From contig MU008159.1 of the NCBI GenBank assembly GCA_010909165.1, positions 1,178,001 to 1,242,000 of the forward strand: 64,000 nucleotides of DNA, read 5' to 3'. Shown one piece after another: positions 12,901-25,428 of this stretch. The translations under genes and the position numbers were made by a program. The notes below the pieces were generated by a model. The model was not told the origin of the DNA, did no database searches, and worked only from the letters and a program-made list of their open reading frames with translations. Within the stretch, counting starts at the first letter, position 1. Every line of letters begins with the position of its first letter. The DNA comes from Anthoceros angustus (lineage: Eukaryota; Plantae; Anthocerotophyta).

Positions 12901-15754
12901 TAGGAAGGTACAAGCAATAAGCTGGCATGTGAGACATACGCGTGACGTCTCAGAAGACTCTCAGGTTCCATCACAGAAAACGTGGCAAAGCTTGAGGGAG
13001 CCAAAACTCTCCTCTCCTCCTCCAACCACTGCCCATAGGGTTTTGCATTCGCGACACGTTTCTTGACCTCCGTGTTCTCTAAAACCTGTCGTGCCCATGA
13101 TACGAAAGGAACAGCTGAAGTGTGACGTAACAATGTCATGCAATGTCCCCCAACAAACTAGTGCTCAATTCATCAGGATGGGCAGTTCATTACCTCCCCT
13201 GTCTCTAAGTCCACGGAGATCATCATTCCTGGACCCAGGCGTCCTTTGGCAGAGATCTTTGACTCATCCATACTCAGAACGCCAACCTGTTCAGACTAGC
13301 GTCAGCACCTTCCACAACATCTTTATGCAGAAATTACAATAATCTATGCAAAAAGTCAAAACAAGAATGCAGAGTTGTTGCAAACCTCAGAGGCAACGTA
13401 TAGCATGTCTTCAGTCCTCCAGAAACGAGCAGGACGGAGGCCGTTTCGATCAAGACAAGCGCCAACTGTCTTTCCATTACTGAGTCAAGACACAGAAGGT
13501 TGTTCATTTCACGTGCCTGCTAACCGCAGCCCACCAGTTGAAACAAGGAATGCACACAGTAAAGACAGACAAGTAAACCTAAACAGAAGCAACGCTGGTC
13601 CATCCCACGCCTCCATCTGGCCCTTGTAATACTCGTAAAAGTGCACAACCTGGAGCACAAGGGGATAGGGGTTTGTTTTCTTGACAGAGTACCAAAGATA
13701 GACAGGGACGAAAACATTCTAAGCAGCTAGCAAGTTGCACAGGAAAATGAACCTCTCATGATTCCCAAAAGCTGGCACGAAGCTGCGGATTACCTCTGGA
13801 TATTTCATTGTCAGTGTCGGATGATTTTTGTAGGCTTCAGGCACCAAAATCATCATTGTTTCCTCAGGACTGCGGCCACTTCTCATCAACAACTGAAAAA
13901 GACCAAGGCAGAAGAAGAACATTAAAGGTTGCTGTAAGACTCTAAACCATGGACACTCCAGGACAACCATGACCAGCACCATTCTAGCATATACAGCACT
14001 CCACCTCTGCTACGATGTCCAAATTTGCAGAATCTGAAGCCTTGGCGTTTCCAAATGGCCTAATTTCTTCCTCCCGTCCTCGCCACACAGGAGACGACAT
14101 GGATGGCTCTCGCGACCGCATCCAGTTGAGGTTACCCTGTAATTCATCGTAAATACCATTATCCAAACTGCATAGAACCAAGGGCTCGGAGTTCCACCTC
14201 CAAAACGAAAGATGAAGAGGGCCGTCTGAAGTTTCCAAACCATGATCGGCATCCACTTTTACCGATCCGAAAACATGCGGACTTCAAACGAAGGTAGCAA
14301 TCACCTGCAGTGTATTTATCTCGCCATTGTGGCCAAGGAATCTCATTGGCTGCGCGAGTGGCCAGCGAGGATTCGTGTTCGTACTGTAACGTCTGTGATA
14401 GATTGCAAAAGGTGACACATATAACTCATTCTGCAGATCCAAATAAAACCTCCCCAGAACCTCAGAGCGCAGCATTCCTTTGTACACAACAGTTCGACTA
14501 GACAAAGAACAGAAGTAAAGTTCCTGTCCCCATGCCTCTGTTTCCACCGCCTTCTCAACCAATTTTCGAGAAATATACAGCTCCCTCTCAATGTCATCTA
14601 CATTCTTATCACCCGTCACTTTTACAAAGACCTGTTCAATAGCTGGCATTGTTTTCCTGGCCATGGGTCCTACTACATCTGCCTTTACAGGAACTGGCCG
14701 CCAGCCGAGTACTTCGACCCCTTCTTTCTCAAAAATTTCGTTGATAACTACAAAAGCAACATACAAAATGTGAGACACCTGGACCACTTAAATCTAGCAA
14801 GCCGAAGTCCCTCCCTCCAAAATGCTTGGGTACTATGTACAATCAATCTTACTTGCTTTGGCAGAAGCGTAGGCCTGGTCTTCACTGGGAAGAAAGACCA
14901 TCCCAACTGCAGAGGTGGCCTCATCCAGCAACGGAAGGCCTTGATCCTGAAACCAGGCGGCAAAAAGCTTCCAAGGAATCATAGTCATGACACCCGCTCC
15001 ATCTCCGGAGTCATTGTCTCCCCCACACCCTCCCCTGTGCTCCATACAGCTGAGAGCTGTGAGAGCATCTTGAACCACTTCGTGCGAGGCCTGTTGCTTC
15101 AGGTTGGCTATGAAACCGACACCGCAGGCATCACGTTCGGCCAGAATATCCTCGAGGTCCGCAACCTGCAAGGAGCGGAAAAGAAATCAGATTGCCGGCC
15201 GTGCAGGTTCCTCAAGCCAAGAACAAGTTCAAGGCTGTTGACAGGCCCTGCCCAGACAATCCAGCAAGTGGATCGGAAGGTTCCCTTCCACAGAATAGCT
15301 GTCCAGGATGTGGCAATCGAGATCCGATGGATTTGATCGAGGGGGATTGTGGGTCGTGCTGTACAGACGAGGAGGAATAGGATCCAGAATACAACGGTTC
15401 CATACACCAAACACCAGACAGCAGCAGCAGCAGGCGGAATGGGACTCCCACCTCGTACTTGGGATTCCCGGCAGAAGTCTTGAGCAGGGCGGAAACACGC
15501 CTCCGCAAATGCCTGGGCCACCTCCCGCGCTGCTGCGGGCGCGCGAAGGCGGAGCTGGCAGGGCTCGGGCCGCTCTTGAGTCCGGTGAAAGCCGGGAATC
15601 CGCAGCCCGCATTGGCAGACTGCCTGGTGGGCAGGCGCAAATTGGAGGAGGCGAGGGCGCCGGAGCTGAGCGAGCAGGAGGGCGACGGCAGCGCGAGGGT
15701 GGCCCGGTCGTGGAGCAATACCAGGCCTGTACCCGCAGACTTCACAACCGCCAT
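6996..15754 (-). CDS. GLU1: Ferredoxin-dependent glutamate synthase (Fd-GOGAT), plastid-targeted, about 30 or more short GT-AG introns
   Basis: Exon 1 (15452-15754) encodes a Ser/Ala/Arg-rich transit peptide. Exon 2 has the Ntn-amidotransferase start [13 protein letters not shown]. Later exons give [67 protein letters not shown], the Fe-S motif [15 protein letters not shown] and GXGXG repeats. The C-terminus [15 protein letters not shown] ends at TGA 6996 with no fused beta subunit, so it is the Fd rather than NADH type. Confidence 0.96.
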
Positions 15755-17303
15755 GGGCAGCGCATACAGCTCCTGCAGGAGCAAGGATGCAGCGGCGGGA
15801 GGCGGGAAAGGAAGGCAAAGCAGGCCCCAGGCTCCTCACATGCAATCCAGCAGGAACCCAGCACGGGAAGCCGCACGAGGGTCACAGCTGCCCAGTGGGA
15901 GACCTCCCGGAGAAAGCTTTGCGCTGCTGGGTTCCGGACTCAGCTCTCTTGACACAGGAAAGCCTTTAGAAATGGATGGGTCGTGAAGCAAGGAGGCCAC
16001 GTTGCTCCTCAGCCACGAATTCCTCTCATCTAGCAGAATATTCACGCCTTTGTTTTTTGCGCTGAGCTGCTTGTGGCTCCGCTTTATATAGAACGTCACC
16101 CATATATAAAGTCTGTGTGTACATCCATATAACTTTGGCCCCGGGTGGCGTGTGTGGATAGGCTCTCTTCTGACACCTCTGACTTGCGTCTGCAAGTGGC
16201 GGCTGCTGATCGCAGCTTCTCATCACACTCTTCAAGGTTTTCGGCAATTGGCTCCTGCTGATCGCAACTTCTCCCGGCAAAGGTTTCTGTGATTGACGAC
16301 TGCCGAATCACTGCCTGTCATTCGAGGTTTGGAGCTCAAGTGCGTGTTAGAAAGGTTTTAAAGCTGAATCCTGAGGGGGGTGACAGATGGAGCTGCCGGG
16401 GGACCAGGGCTCCTTGTTTCTGCTGCGGACCGGAACTGCCTTGTTGTGGGTCGTGGCATTCATCTGCTTCGGTGAGTTGCCCTGCCTTTTGTAGCATTTG
16501 TGGATGCAGCTGACTCCTGTCTGGGAGTGAGAATTCGCTTGTGACTGGATTCTGCTGCTCGGATGTGTGCAGCTTGGTTTGTGGCGTGGAAGCTGGTGTT
16601 CGTGCACATCCCCTTGGTGCAGGAGATGTTTGGACTGAATAAGAAGCAGCCTCAGCCCAGGCCTTCCACGCGACGCTTCACACGTATTTACAACAGCGGG
16701 AAGCAGACAGAATCTGGGTTTAGGGTTTATGGGAAGGAGGCCTGATGGATGCTGCTGCTGGACAAGAATTTTGAGGCATGGAACATACAGCCGTGCTCAT
16801 GCGCCGTGATCTCTGGGAGGTTCACTATGTGCGTGGCGTGCAGTTTTCTGCCTTCATGATGTGACTCTGACTGCATCGACGATGACAGTGAGCAGCACGC
16901 CTCTTGATCTCCTGCTTTTGGAGGCTGGTGACCAGGCCCTCTAGAGAGCATCTCGGTGCTGGAAAGTGCAGGAATCAGGCGGGAGGGGCATGAGATCCAG
17001 CGAATCCATCTAGAAACACTTTCGTATCGTCGATCCTTTGCTAGTATCGGCTATTTTCCAATTAAGGCTGGTTCAAATCATGAGAGAATTTTTCTCTCGT
17101 GAATCAGCTCCCTGACAATTCTAAGCCGGAAGGATTTTGTGTGAAGTTCTCCCAGCAATCGGCTGTTGAGAGTTTGGATGGGTCCACCGCATGTTCTTAT
17201 GAAAGAAAACGTGATGGAAGCTCTCTGTGCAGAGGGATCCAGTATTATCTGCTTCAACCCATCCAAGTGGAAGCGAGGGTATGTCCTTGTCGTGATTCTC
17301 CAG

Positions 17304-19027
17304 CTATGGCTTGGCCAAATCCGGGGCCTCAAGTAGAGGGAGGGACGGCAACTGATCGGAATCAAGCACAGTGCTTCCAAGCCGATCAGGTGGCCAGTAT
17401 CTGACCACGGATCTCCCAAGTATGTTGCTGACTGGCAAAGGTCCCCTGGGACACAACGAGAATGAATGCTCAGATTAAGCCACCCTGCTGTACTTCTTGT
17501 GACCCTGACGTAAACGTACATGAGTCTCGAGATTACCATATGTGTGAATCAAAACTGTTGTTGCGATTGTCCCCCATAACGAAGACATATCCATCCGGAA
17601 CGTACTGTGGGCCAGTCGAAAGGAAAAGTCAGAGCATGTCACGAAAACCAAAACTGCTACAAAATCAATGCTGTCAATTGAGGGTCATACAATGGGATCC
17701 ATTTCATATGCTGGCGGCTCAGCAATAAAGTCCTCGTTCCTGGCAGCTCCATTTACCAAAAGCTTTCCGTTGTGGACCTGTTCGATGACCAATCCGCAGT
17801 ACAGTTATTAAAGGAGCCACCACCTGGCACACCCAGCCCTAAAAAAGGAGAAAGGATGAGAACATACCTCTACAATGTCACCATGCTTTGCTACTACTCT
17901 CTTAATGAATACTTCTCCGGCATTGTAACCCCTCTCCTGCAAATGACCAGGCCGAGGAGTATGAACCAAAAAGGGGATGGCAGCCACTGCCTCAATCTGT
18001 AACCAAAAGCAAAGACGTCTGGCACTACTAACCTGCAGAACCTGAGGAGCTTTGAAAATTACGATATCATTTACATTGGGCTCTCTGAAGTAGTACGAGA
18101 CCTGCAGGATTAGGATCCACCGAGAGTCAAACACAGAGAGGAAAAAGATGTACAAACGACTCTAAATAAGCAAAAGAGTGAGTTACCTTCTCAGCGATTA
18201 TACGATCACCGATCTCAAAGGTTGGATACATCGACAAGGAAGGGATAAATCGTGGCTCTGCTATAAACCATCTAAACAACAAGGAGACAGCAAAGACTGT
18301 GATGACAGTCTTCCCATCTTCGGAAGTAAAATTGATCCATTCAGGTAGCCAGCTACCCTTCCCTTCCTGACCCCTGCCCTCCTTCTCATCCACCTGAAGA
18401 GAAGGACTCCCCACACCAGATTGTCTGTCCTCCCCATCCCCGTCACCACCACCCCTCCTCCCCACCGCCCCCACCATCATCACTTGGTTGAGACACCTTT
18501 TCAGACAGGGCATTGCAGCCCACGGAGCCTGCAGAGGACTTGGGATACCAGGAGGACCGGAGACACTCGTGACATGGGAGCCATCTCAAGGGTTGAATGT
18601 CACAAATGGATCTGCTGCCCCGCATAGAAGCTGATGCAGCCGTGGAGAATCTGGCAGGCAGACTCCACGAACAAGGCTGTGCAGAATGCCTGCCGCAATA
18701 CGAATTGTCTGAGGATCCTCCACTCAGTGCACGGCCAGGGTAAACCGAGTTGGACAACCTCAAACCCGGTGCATCGCCTGTGCCCACAATTCTATCTCTA
18801 CAAGGTGCAGATGAAGGGGATGCTTTGAGGCACCTCCAGCTCACCGAGACGTCTCTCACCCAGCATCCAGCAGAGGAGCTTTTCGCCCCTGACTCATCCC
18901 TCCAGCTCCAGCACAAGAATTGGCTGTCTCCCGTGCTCCTCAGGTGCTCACAGGCACTCCCTAGACTGCTTCTGTGGGCGATTCCTGGCCCAGGCGAAAC
19001 GCAGGAGACGGCTATCTGGATAGCCAT
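17304..19027 (-). CDS. PLSP1: Plastid type I signal peptidase (thylakoidal processing peptidase, PLSP1-like); apparent frameshift in a G-rich Gly linker near 18441-18475
   Basis: Exons encode [16 protein letters not shown]...[25 protein letters not shown] (catalytic Ser), [28 protein letters not shown] (catalytic Lys), [15 protein letters not shown] and [19 protein letters not shown], ending TAG at 17304. The N-terminus MAIQIAVS...WLPCHE starts at ATG 19027 in an adjacent frame. Confidence 0.85.
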
Positions 19028-20040
19028 CTTGCAAAGCTTGCGCAACAGCCTCCACAGCAGGCCCAGGACCTCGCTGAATACAAGAATGAAGCCTGCGCCG
19101 GTCACAACATCCTGGCAGCCGTGAGCTGCCCCCCAACAGGTTGGAATTGAGAATGCGCCATCGATATCGGCGCACCACAAGAGCTCTCCCAAGTCGAAGG
19201 AGAGGAGAAATGCCGAGAAGGAAGCTTCGTGCACTACCGAAGGGTTTTGGGCGGGTTGCTGGTGACCGGAGATCGCCGGTCACTCAGCTCGTGCTTCCTG
19301 GTACGCTGCATCAACCAGGGTTGGATACCTATATAGGTACTCATTGCTCACAAAATTCTCCGGGATATATAGGCAGTTACGGCAACATGAACATTTCTTT
19401 ACAGAAACCTCCCAACATTTGGGGGAGGAAATTGCAGAATTACAAATCACGTGACCCGAATCCATGGAAGCTATTGATTTAGCGAAAAATACTCCCCAAG
19501 ACAAACAGGCGGAGGACACGGCTGGGCCAGGTCTCACTTTCATTGTCAGTGGCCTCGGCAGAGTCGAGGTCCCTCCATTTGACAAAACGCACACCATGCC
19601 GAATGGGAAACCACTTTGGTTCTTCCGCCTACGTCCAATGCCAGAGCATCCTTAGAACCCATGGAGAAGAAAAAAGCAAACGAGCAAGCGAGGAACCACG
19701 GCAACAACGGGAGTTTTGAGTTATGCTTACTGTGATAGTTGGAGGAGGACCACTTCATACCAACCGACGTGTTCAGTCGATACATTTGTCACCTGGAGGA
19801 AGCATTGTACAGGAGAACCAGTTCTGAACTAATAACCAGGTGGTAGCGCCTGCAGTGAGCGTCTTTCAGCCACAAGTGCTTTCAGCTGCTGAGCAGCAGT
19901 CACACTCCGTGATACGAGAAGATTGGCAATACACACACAAGCATCTCGAGCAGCCGGCCTCACTGACTCTAGCTGACATCTGCACTGCGTCTCCTTAGCC
20001 CTTGCTTTGACAAGCTGCCTGTGTCTTGTCCCAGCAACAG

Positions 20041-21672
20041 TTAGTTTACTTTGCGTGCCATAGCTCGCATTTGTGTCATGGGATCGTCAAAGTGAACCTT
20101 CTTCAGTCTGTATGCTTCCATATCCTCGGCAGTAACCTCGTTGTTATGAGTGACATTATACTTCCTCTTCCTCTCATCCTTCTCTTCTTTCAACCTGTCA
20201 TCCTCCTTCTTCAATGCATCCTTCAGCTTTTTCCTGTCCAGCACAAGGTCGTCTGGCACATCTGTGCCCCATGGTGCTAGGTTCTTTTCCTCTTTCGCCA
20301 CAGGCTTCTCCTGAACAGCCTCTTTGCGGGCAATGTTAGTCCGCATCAATTCGGCTGAAGCCTCTGCAGCTTCAATTCCTGCCTGTCCAGTACAGTAGCT
20401 GTTCCGAAGAAACTGCTTACAACACTTGTAGCCCCACTGATTCTCCTTCCACCATGAACCCCAGACGGTGGTGTGGTTATTAATAAACACATCCTCCTCA
20501 TACTTGCTCTTGGGTACAGCTTTTTCTTGACCCTTGACGATGCGACCTGCTCTATCGTACTCTATCTGCATCTCTGTCTGTCCCAGCAATAACTCCATGG
20601 GAGGTTTCTCCTGCAAGGCCGCGTTACCATACTTATCCATGATGTCGTCCTTAGTCCTGGATTTCAGTTTCTCTTTCTTGACCTTGAATTCCCTGTGGAG
20701 CAACTCTGCCTGAGACGGTGCCGCTTGCAAATGGATATCCTGCCCTTTCTCGTATGCTTCCCAGGCATGGATGTTGAGCTGCTTAAATTCCTGGGCCTGC
20801 CCGCTGATCCTGTTCTGGTTGTCTCCAGCGTAGAACTTCTCATTGGGATCACTGTCCGGCAGTGGATCCTCCCTCATGGATCGGGTCTTAGGGTCATAGT
20901 GAGCCGAATTGGTATCAAGATTGAGAAGGTACTTGGCAGTATCCTCCCGAATCCTGAGATTACGCACAGTTCCAGTGCTACCTCCTCCAGTAGTCCGCAC
21001 ACGCTTCTCCACCTTCGCAAAATCCATCTGCTCGCTTTCATCCACCTTAGCCTCATCCACTTCAAGATCCTCATCCTCTTCCTCATCATCATCGGTGTCC
21101 TTGCCTTCTTGATCCCCCACGCTCTTTTTGTCCGCCAGCTTCTTCAGCTGCTGTTCCTTCTGATACTTCCTCCTAGCCTCTTCCCTCATCTCATAGGAGT
21201 CTATGACCCTAGCATACGTCCCGGAATCATATCCATTCCACCGGTCCCGCTTCCCGTCATAATCCAACTCAAACGACTCCACCTTCTCGTCAGGAGCAAT
21301 GTGCTTGTTGGTCCACCTGGCACCAACCCTACGGGGCCTTTCCATACACATCTTGGAATCATGAGTCATGGCTCCACAATTTGCGCACGCCCCTTTCCTG
21401 TACTTGCTAGCTTGGAAAATCTTGGCACCTCGGTCATACCAGTCCTTGGTGTAATTCGGGTCCGACTTCCACTTCTTCTGATGCTTCAAACTTGGTTTCT
21501 CGGAATTGAGATACCAGGGCGCAGAGGACATGTACTGCGGAATATGGGGATTGATCTCCTTGCCATCTTCATCGACCTCAGCTGGAGCAAGCCCAGCTTT
21601 CCGAGCCTCCTCTAACTCTAACTGCTTCCTGTGATCCTCCCTGGACTTGAACGCCGCCGACGCGGTGGCCAT
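20041..21672 (-). CDS. SLU7: Pre-mRNA splicing factor SLU7 (SMP1/2-like), intronless ORF
   Basis: MATASAAFKSREDHRKQLELEEARKAGLAPAEVDEDGKEINPHIPQYMSSAPWYL, zinc knuckle CANCGAMTHDSKMC, DYDGKRDRWNGYD and RNLRIREDTAKYLLNLD. First ATG is at 21672; the ORF track start at 21684 is a TTG. Confidence 0.95.
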   Translation of the reverse strand: MATASAAFKSREDHRKQLELEEARKAGLAPAEVDEDGKEINPHIPQYMSSAPWYLNSEKPSLKHQKKWKSDPNYTKDWYDRGAKIFQASKYRKGACANCGAMTHDSKMCMERPRRVGARWTNKHIAPDEKVESFELDYDGKRDRWNGYDSGTYARVIDSYEMREEARRKYQKEQQLKKLADKKSVGDQEGKDTDDDEEEDEDLEVDEAKVDESEQMDFAKVEKRVRTTGGGSTGTVRNLRIREDTAKYLLNLDTNSAHYDPKTRSMREDPLPDSDPNEKFYAGDNQNRISGQAQEFKQLNIHAWEAYEKGQDIHLQAAPSQAELLHREFKVKKEKLKSRTKDDIMDKYGNAALQEKPPMELLLGQTEMQIEYDRAGRIVKGQEKAVPKSKYEEDVFINNHTTVWGSWWKENQWGYKCCKQFLRNSYCTGQAGIEAAEASAELMRTNIARKEAVQEKPVAKEEKNLAPWGTDVPDDLVLDRKKLKDALKKEDDRLKEEKDERKRKYNVTHNNEVTAEDMEAYRLKKVHFDDPMTQMRAMARKVN

Positions 21673-22596
21673 GGCTACCGGCAAGCTCCTCCCCTTTCAC
21701 AATTCCACTGCCGGCCAAAACCCCTGGGTAAGCTCTCCAAGAGACTCGTTACCACAATATATACCTATGGATGGCTAAAATAGCGCTTACTATATTATTA
21801 ATCAAACTGTTAATTTGTGTACCGGTACCTACCTACTTATGTACATACCTATCATGCGTCCATCACGAAATTGTGGAGACTTAATAAAAAAACGAGAAGG
21901 AAGAAGAAGAAGAAAAATTTATTTAAGTCCACTAAGGACGGATTTCCGTCATGGGACTTGGTACTTAACAACTTGTACCATGGTATGCCTAAGCTACTAG
22001 CACCAAGGGCATCCATTCCCTTTAGGCACCCCATCCAAGTACCGATCCAAGCGCAGGATGCTTAATAATCACGTTCTTATAAATGTGTGTCCATTTGGCC
22101 TAAGCCATTTGGACAAGGGAAATCCCATGTACCCCGAGTCGAAAGCTGGGTATGCGAAAAGGGACAATGTCATGGCAAGACGGGTGCTGATACATACGAT
22201 GTCTGTAAGTACATGCGGATGATTGTGAGCGTATGCTCATATGCATGGGCATGGGGTGATGGGCATGGGACTACACCCGCCATGAACGGGCATAGCGGCC
22301 AGTTTGAGGAGCCGGCCGTGATCACGCAGCGGAGTTTCCGCCGAGAACACCGATGGAGTCATGCGCCCAACAAGTTGCCCATGATCAAGTGTACGACGCC
22401 GAGCAAGGGATAAAGGACGGCAATCCGCGAGAAGAGACGGATTGCTGATGTTTGTTCGTAGACAGGACAGCCATACAGTTCCCATGTGGGCGGTGAATGT
22501 AGGGCTTGGGGAGTGAGAAGGGATAGCGGTGAGAAGGTTTTGACGGCAATTGCGCGGATGTGTGTTGTGAGTCTGGCCGAATGAGTTTTGCACATC

Positions 22597-22984
22597 AGCA
22601 ATCCCTTCTTTTTTGTTCTCTGGAGCTCCACATTGCAACCGCCAACGTCGTGAGGCACGCGGAGCGCCCAGGCACCACAAGCAACGTAGCCAAAGGGGCC
22701 CACGGATGCGGACAAGATAAGTAAATGGTGGACCGTGAGGAGAATCGTGGACTTTTCCTTCTTTTATCTTGATCATTCCATCGTTGAGTTGGCCGGCGGC
22801 AATCCCTTCTTTTTTTTCTGGAGCTCCACATTGCAACCGCCAACGTCGTGAGGCACGCGGGCGCCAGGCACCACAAGCAGCCAAAGGGGCCCACGGATGC
22901 GGACAAGATAAGTAAATGGTGGACCGTGAGGAGAATCATGGACTTTTCCTTCTTTTATCTTGATCATTCCATCGTTGAGTTGGC
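22597..22984 (+). repeat. ~195-bp tandem duplication in the retroelement leader
   Basis: GCAATCCCTTCTTTTTT...CATTCCATCGTTGAGTTGGC occurs at about 22597-22794 and 22797-22984. Confidence 0.9.
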
Positions 22985-23299
22985 GCTTTGGCAGAGCACG
23001 CCTACCTATGGCGAAGATTGTGGGAGGAGGTGATTGATAAGTTGGCACAGCTAGCGGATCGACTTTGACACAATGCCGCATACATAGTGTCACGCAGGGG
23101 CGGATTGATGCGGTGATGGTGCTCGCCAGTTGTTTAACGAGTACTCCGGCAGTGAAGCTCAGCCCCATCGTCCAACACCCTCCGGTAGCGAGGCGGTGGA
23201 CAATTTGAGTGGAATCGAGTCCTATTCGCACCATAGCATTCAAGAAAACGGAGGTGAGGTCGAATGGAGGAACAAAGACCAAGCAAGAATGACGTGTTC

Positions 23300-24300
23300 A
23301 CGGTCGACGCGGCGGCAAAGATGTCGCTTGCGATTTTGAAGAAAAATTCAGATGGGCCATTGATGAGATGGTGCTCAAGTACAAGTCGGAGTTCACCGGA
23401 GATGGCTTTGAGGAAGATGAGCACGTTCTGGCGGAGAAGCCCTTACATGTTATCGTGATTGCAAGGATCAAATTTTGCAAGATGCGATCCTTGGCAGACG
23501 ATGAGCAAAAGGACTTTGAAAGGAGACGAGAACGTCATCGGTAACCTGGCATGCCATCACATTTCTAGTGGATGAAATGTTCAGTAGATTTGCGGAGATG
23601 TTCCCAGTGTCCTCTATCGAAAAGATCCAGGAACTGTCTAGGTTCACCATCAAGCCCAATGAGCCTCTTAGATCAGCATATTTGAGGTTAAGACAGCTGG
23701 TGAAAGACACACGAGTAAAGACCATGCGGGAGGCCGCACAGATTTACATAGCCGCTCTTCCAGGGAGACAGAGAAGGGTAATTGCCAACTTCCTACATAT
23801 GCTACATGGCGCAGACTATGAGCTGGAGCAGGCTTATGAAATGGCGAGAGAGTCATGAGGAGATGCTGCGGACCAAAGGGGAGGAACACAACCTCGTCAA
23901 AGGCGCAAAGACACGCAATCGCAAAGAGCACAAGGGAGGGGTTCCCATCGTGACTGACACAAGGAGCGTTGTGCGAAACACTACGCCGCCAAGGGCGCTC
24001 GGCCAATAGTGCAATCGGTGCCAAGGCAGCCGTCAAATGCCTGCGGTGCAGGGGTTCTCACAAGGCCTTTGAATGTGAGTTTCGCGTCGGCGGGGCTAAG
24101 GAAAAGGAGGTGTGTAGGACCTGTGCCAAGACGGGTCATACGGAGGCAGCATGTTGGCAAGCACATCCCGAGTTCAGGCCCAAAGGGGTTGGAGAACGAG
24201 TGGGCGACAAATTGAAGCCAACCACGGTTACACGAAAGGCGCTTCTAAGTGAGGTACATCGGTTGCAGGAACAATTGGCGATGAGTGTAAGCACATCAAG
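23300..24300 (+). pseudogene. Retroelement gag with two Cys/His zinc knuckles (frameshifted)
   Basis: Capsid-like helical segment IQELSRFTIKPNEPLRSAYLRLRQLV...IYIAALP, then CLRCRGSHKAFEC and CRTCAKTGHTEAAC. Confidence 0.75.
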
Positions 24301-24720
24301 GGCCACTGACGCGGCCCTGGAAGAGTACGACTCGGACCAAGAAGTGTATGCGCTAATGACCGTGGGGGTGACCCAAGGTGGTGCTGACATGGGGGAAGCT
24401 GTCAAAAACAAAAGGATCGGGACAAGGAGCCAACCCAAGATGCCCAGATCCTTCCGGCAGATGGAGGATCCTGAGCACATGAACTCCGCAGAAGGGAAGC
24501 CGCCCAACATGGAGCTCTTACTGGAAAGGGCAATGGACGTACCCATGGTCGACTGCGCGACACAGGAGTGAAGCTGACCATTCGAGGCGGCGATGCATGG
24601 ATGAAAGGTGCATGCCGAGGCGCGATGTCCGCTTCACCAGCCTATGCGGGGAACATCTGAAACCAGCAGCTCGGGGAAAAGGGGGAGTCGCCATGGTGGA
24701 CAATCGTCGAAGTCACGTGA

Positions 24721-25100
24721 ATGGCCCGAATCGTCTTGGTAGACACAGGTGCGGACCCAGTGCTACTTGGGAACCGTGTGCAGAAGGCACTTCAGCTCTA
24801 TGGCGACAGACTGAGGCCATGTGAAGTGCGTATCACCACGTCCGCGGGCACCAGGGAGCAAGTGATGGGGATCACGAGGGATCCGGTTCGCATCGAGCTT
24901 AAGCCAGGCACCAAGGATGCGACGGTTCTTGAAGTTCATTGCTTGGTGTCCAATGCAAGGAACTATGATGTGCTGCTTGGCGCCGACGCCACACATGGAC
25001 CAGCAATGGGAGTCGATCCACTGCACTCGGTGGCATTCTACAGACCGCGATGGCGAGACGGGGACTTCTCACACATGGCCCGAATCCCGCTTAGTATGAG
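24721..25100 (+). pseudogene. Retropepsin-type aspartic protease
   Basis: VLVDTGAD active-site motif at 24733-24756 and downstream YDVLLGAD. Confidence 0.85.
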
Positions 25101-25428
25101 GAGAACTGGGGAGAACACAGGCAGCACGTTGGCGGTGACCGCGTGTGGAGCGGGAAGCGTTCACAGGACGGAGGTGTGGGAAGAGACCGAAGAACTAACA
25201 AGGGAGGGAATTCCGGATGCAGAAGAGGCGGATGCTTGCTTGTATGTCAGGAGTACAAGGCAATTGACGCAAGCGCTGACGCGGGAACATCTCCGGCAGA
25301 GAGTGGTTCAGGAGTGTCCCTTAACCCGTGAGTGTCCAGAAAACAGCCTACCGAAAACGCTAGTTTTGAATCCGGCCAAGCTGCGGGTCAACAACAAGGT
25401 GATCCGGTGGAAGGTGGGAGGACGGGGC

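Noticed and set aside
15108-15986. Several 175-245 aa ORFs over the GOGAT 5' end
   Set aside because: Alternative frames of the GC-rich transit-peptide exon and intron 1.
16716-16732. GGGTTTAGGGTTT as a telomeric remnant
   Set aside because: Under two units; at most a telo-box, which is common by chance or in promoters.
20695-21615. 306-aa + strand ORF
   Set aside because: Antisense to the SLU7 coding sequence with no features of its own.
23042-23062. TGGCACAGCTAGCGGATCG as the primer-binding site of the DNMT element
   Set aside because: It is tRNA-3'-end-like, but I cannot match it to a specific tRNA or find an LTR-ending CA next to it.
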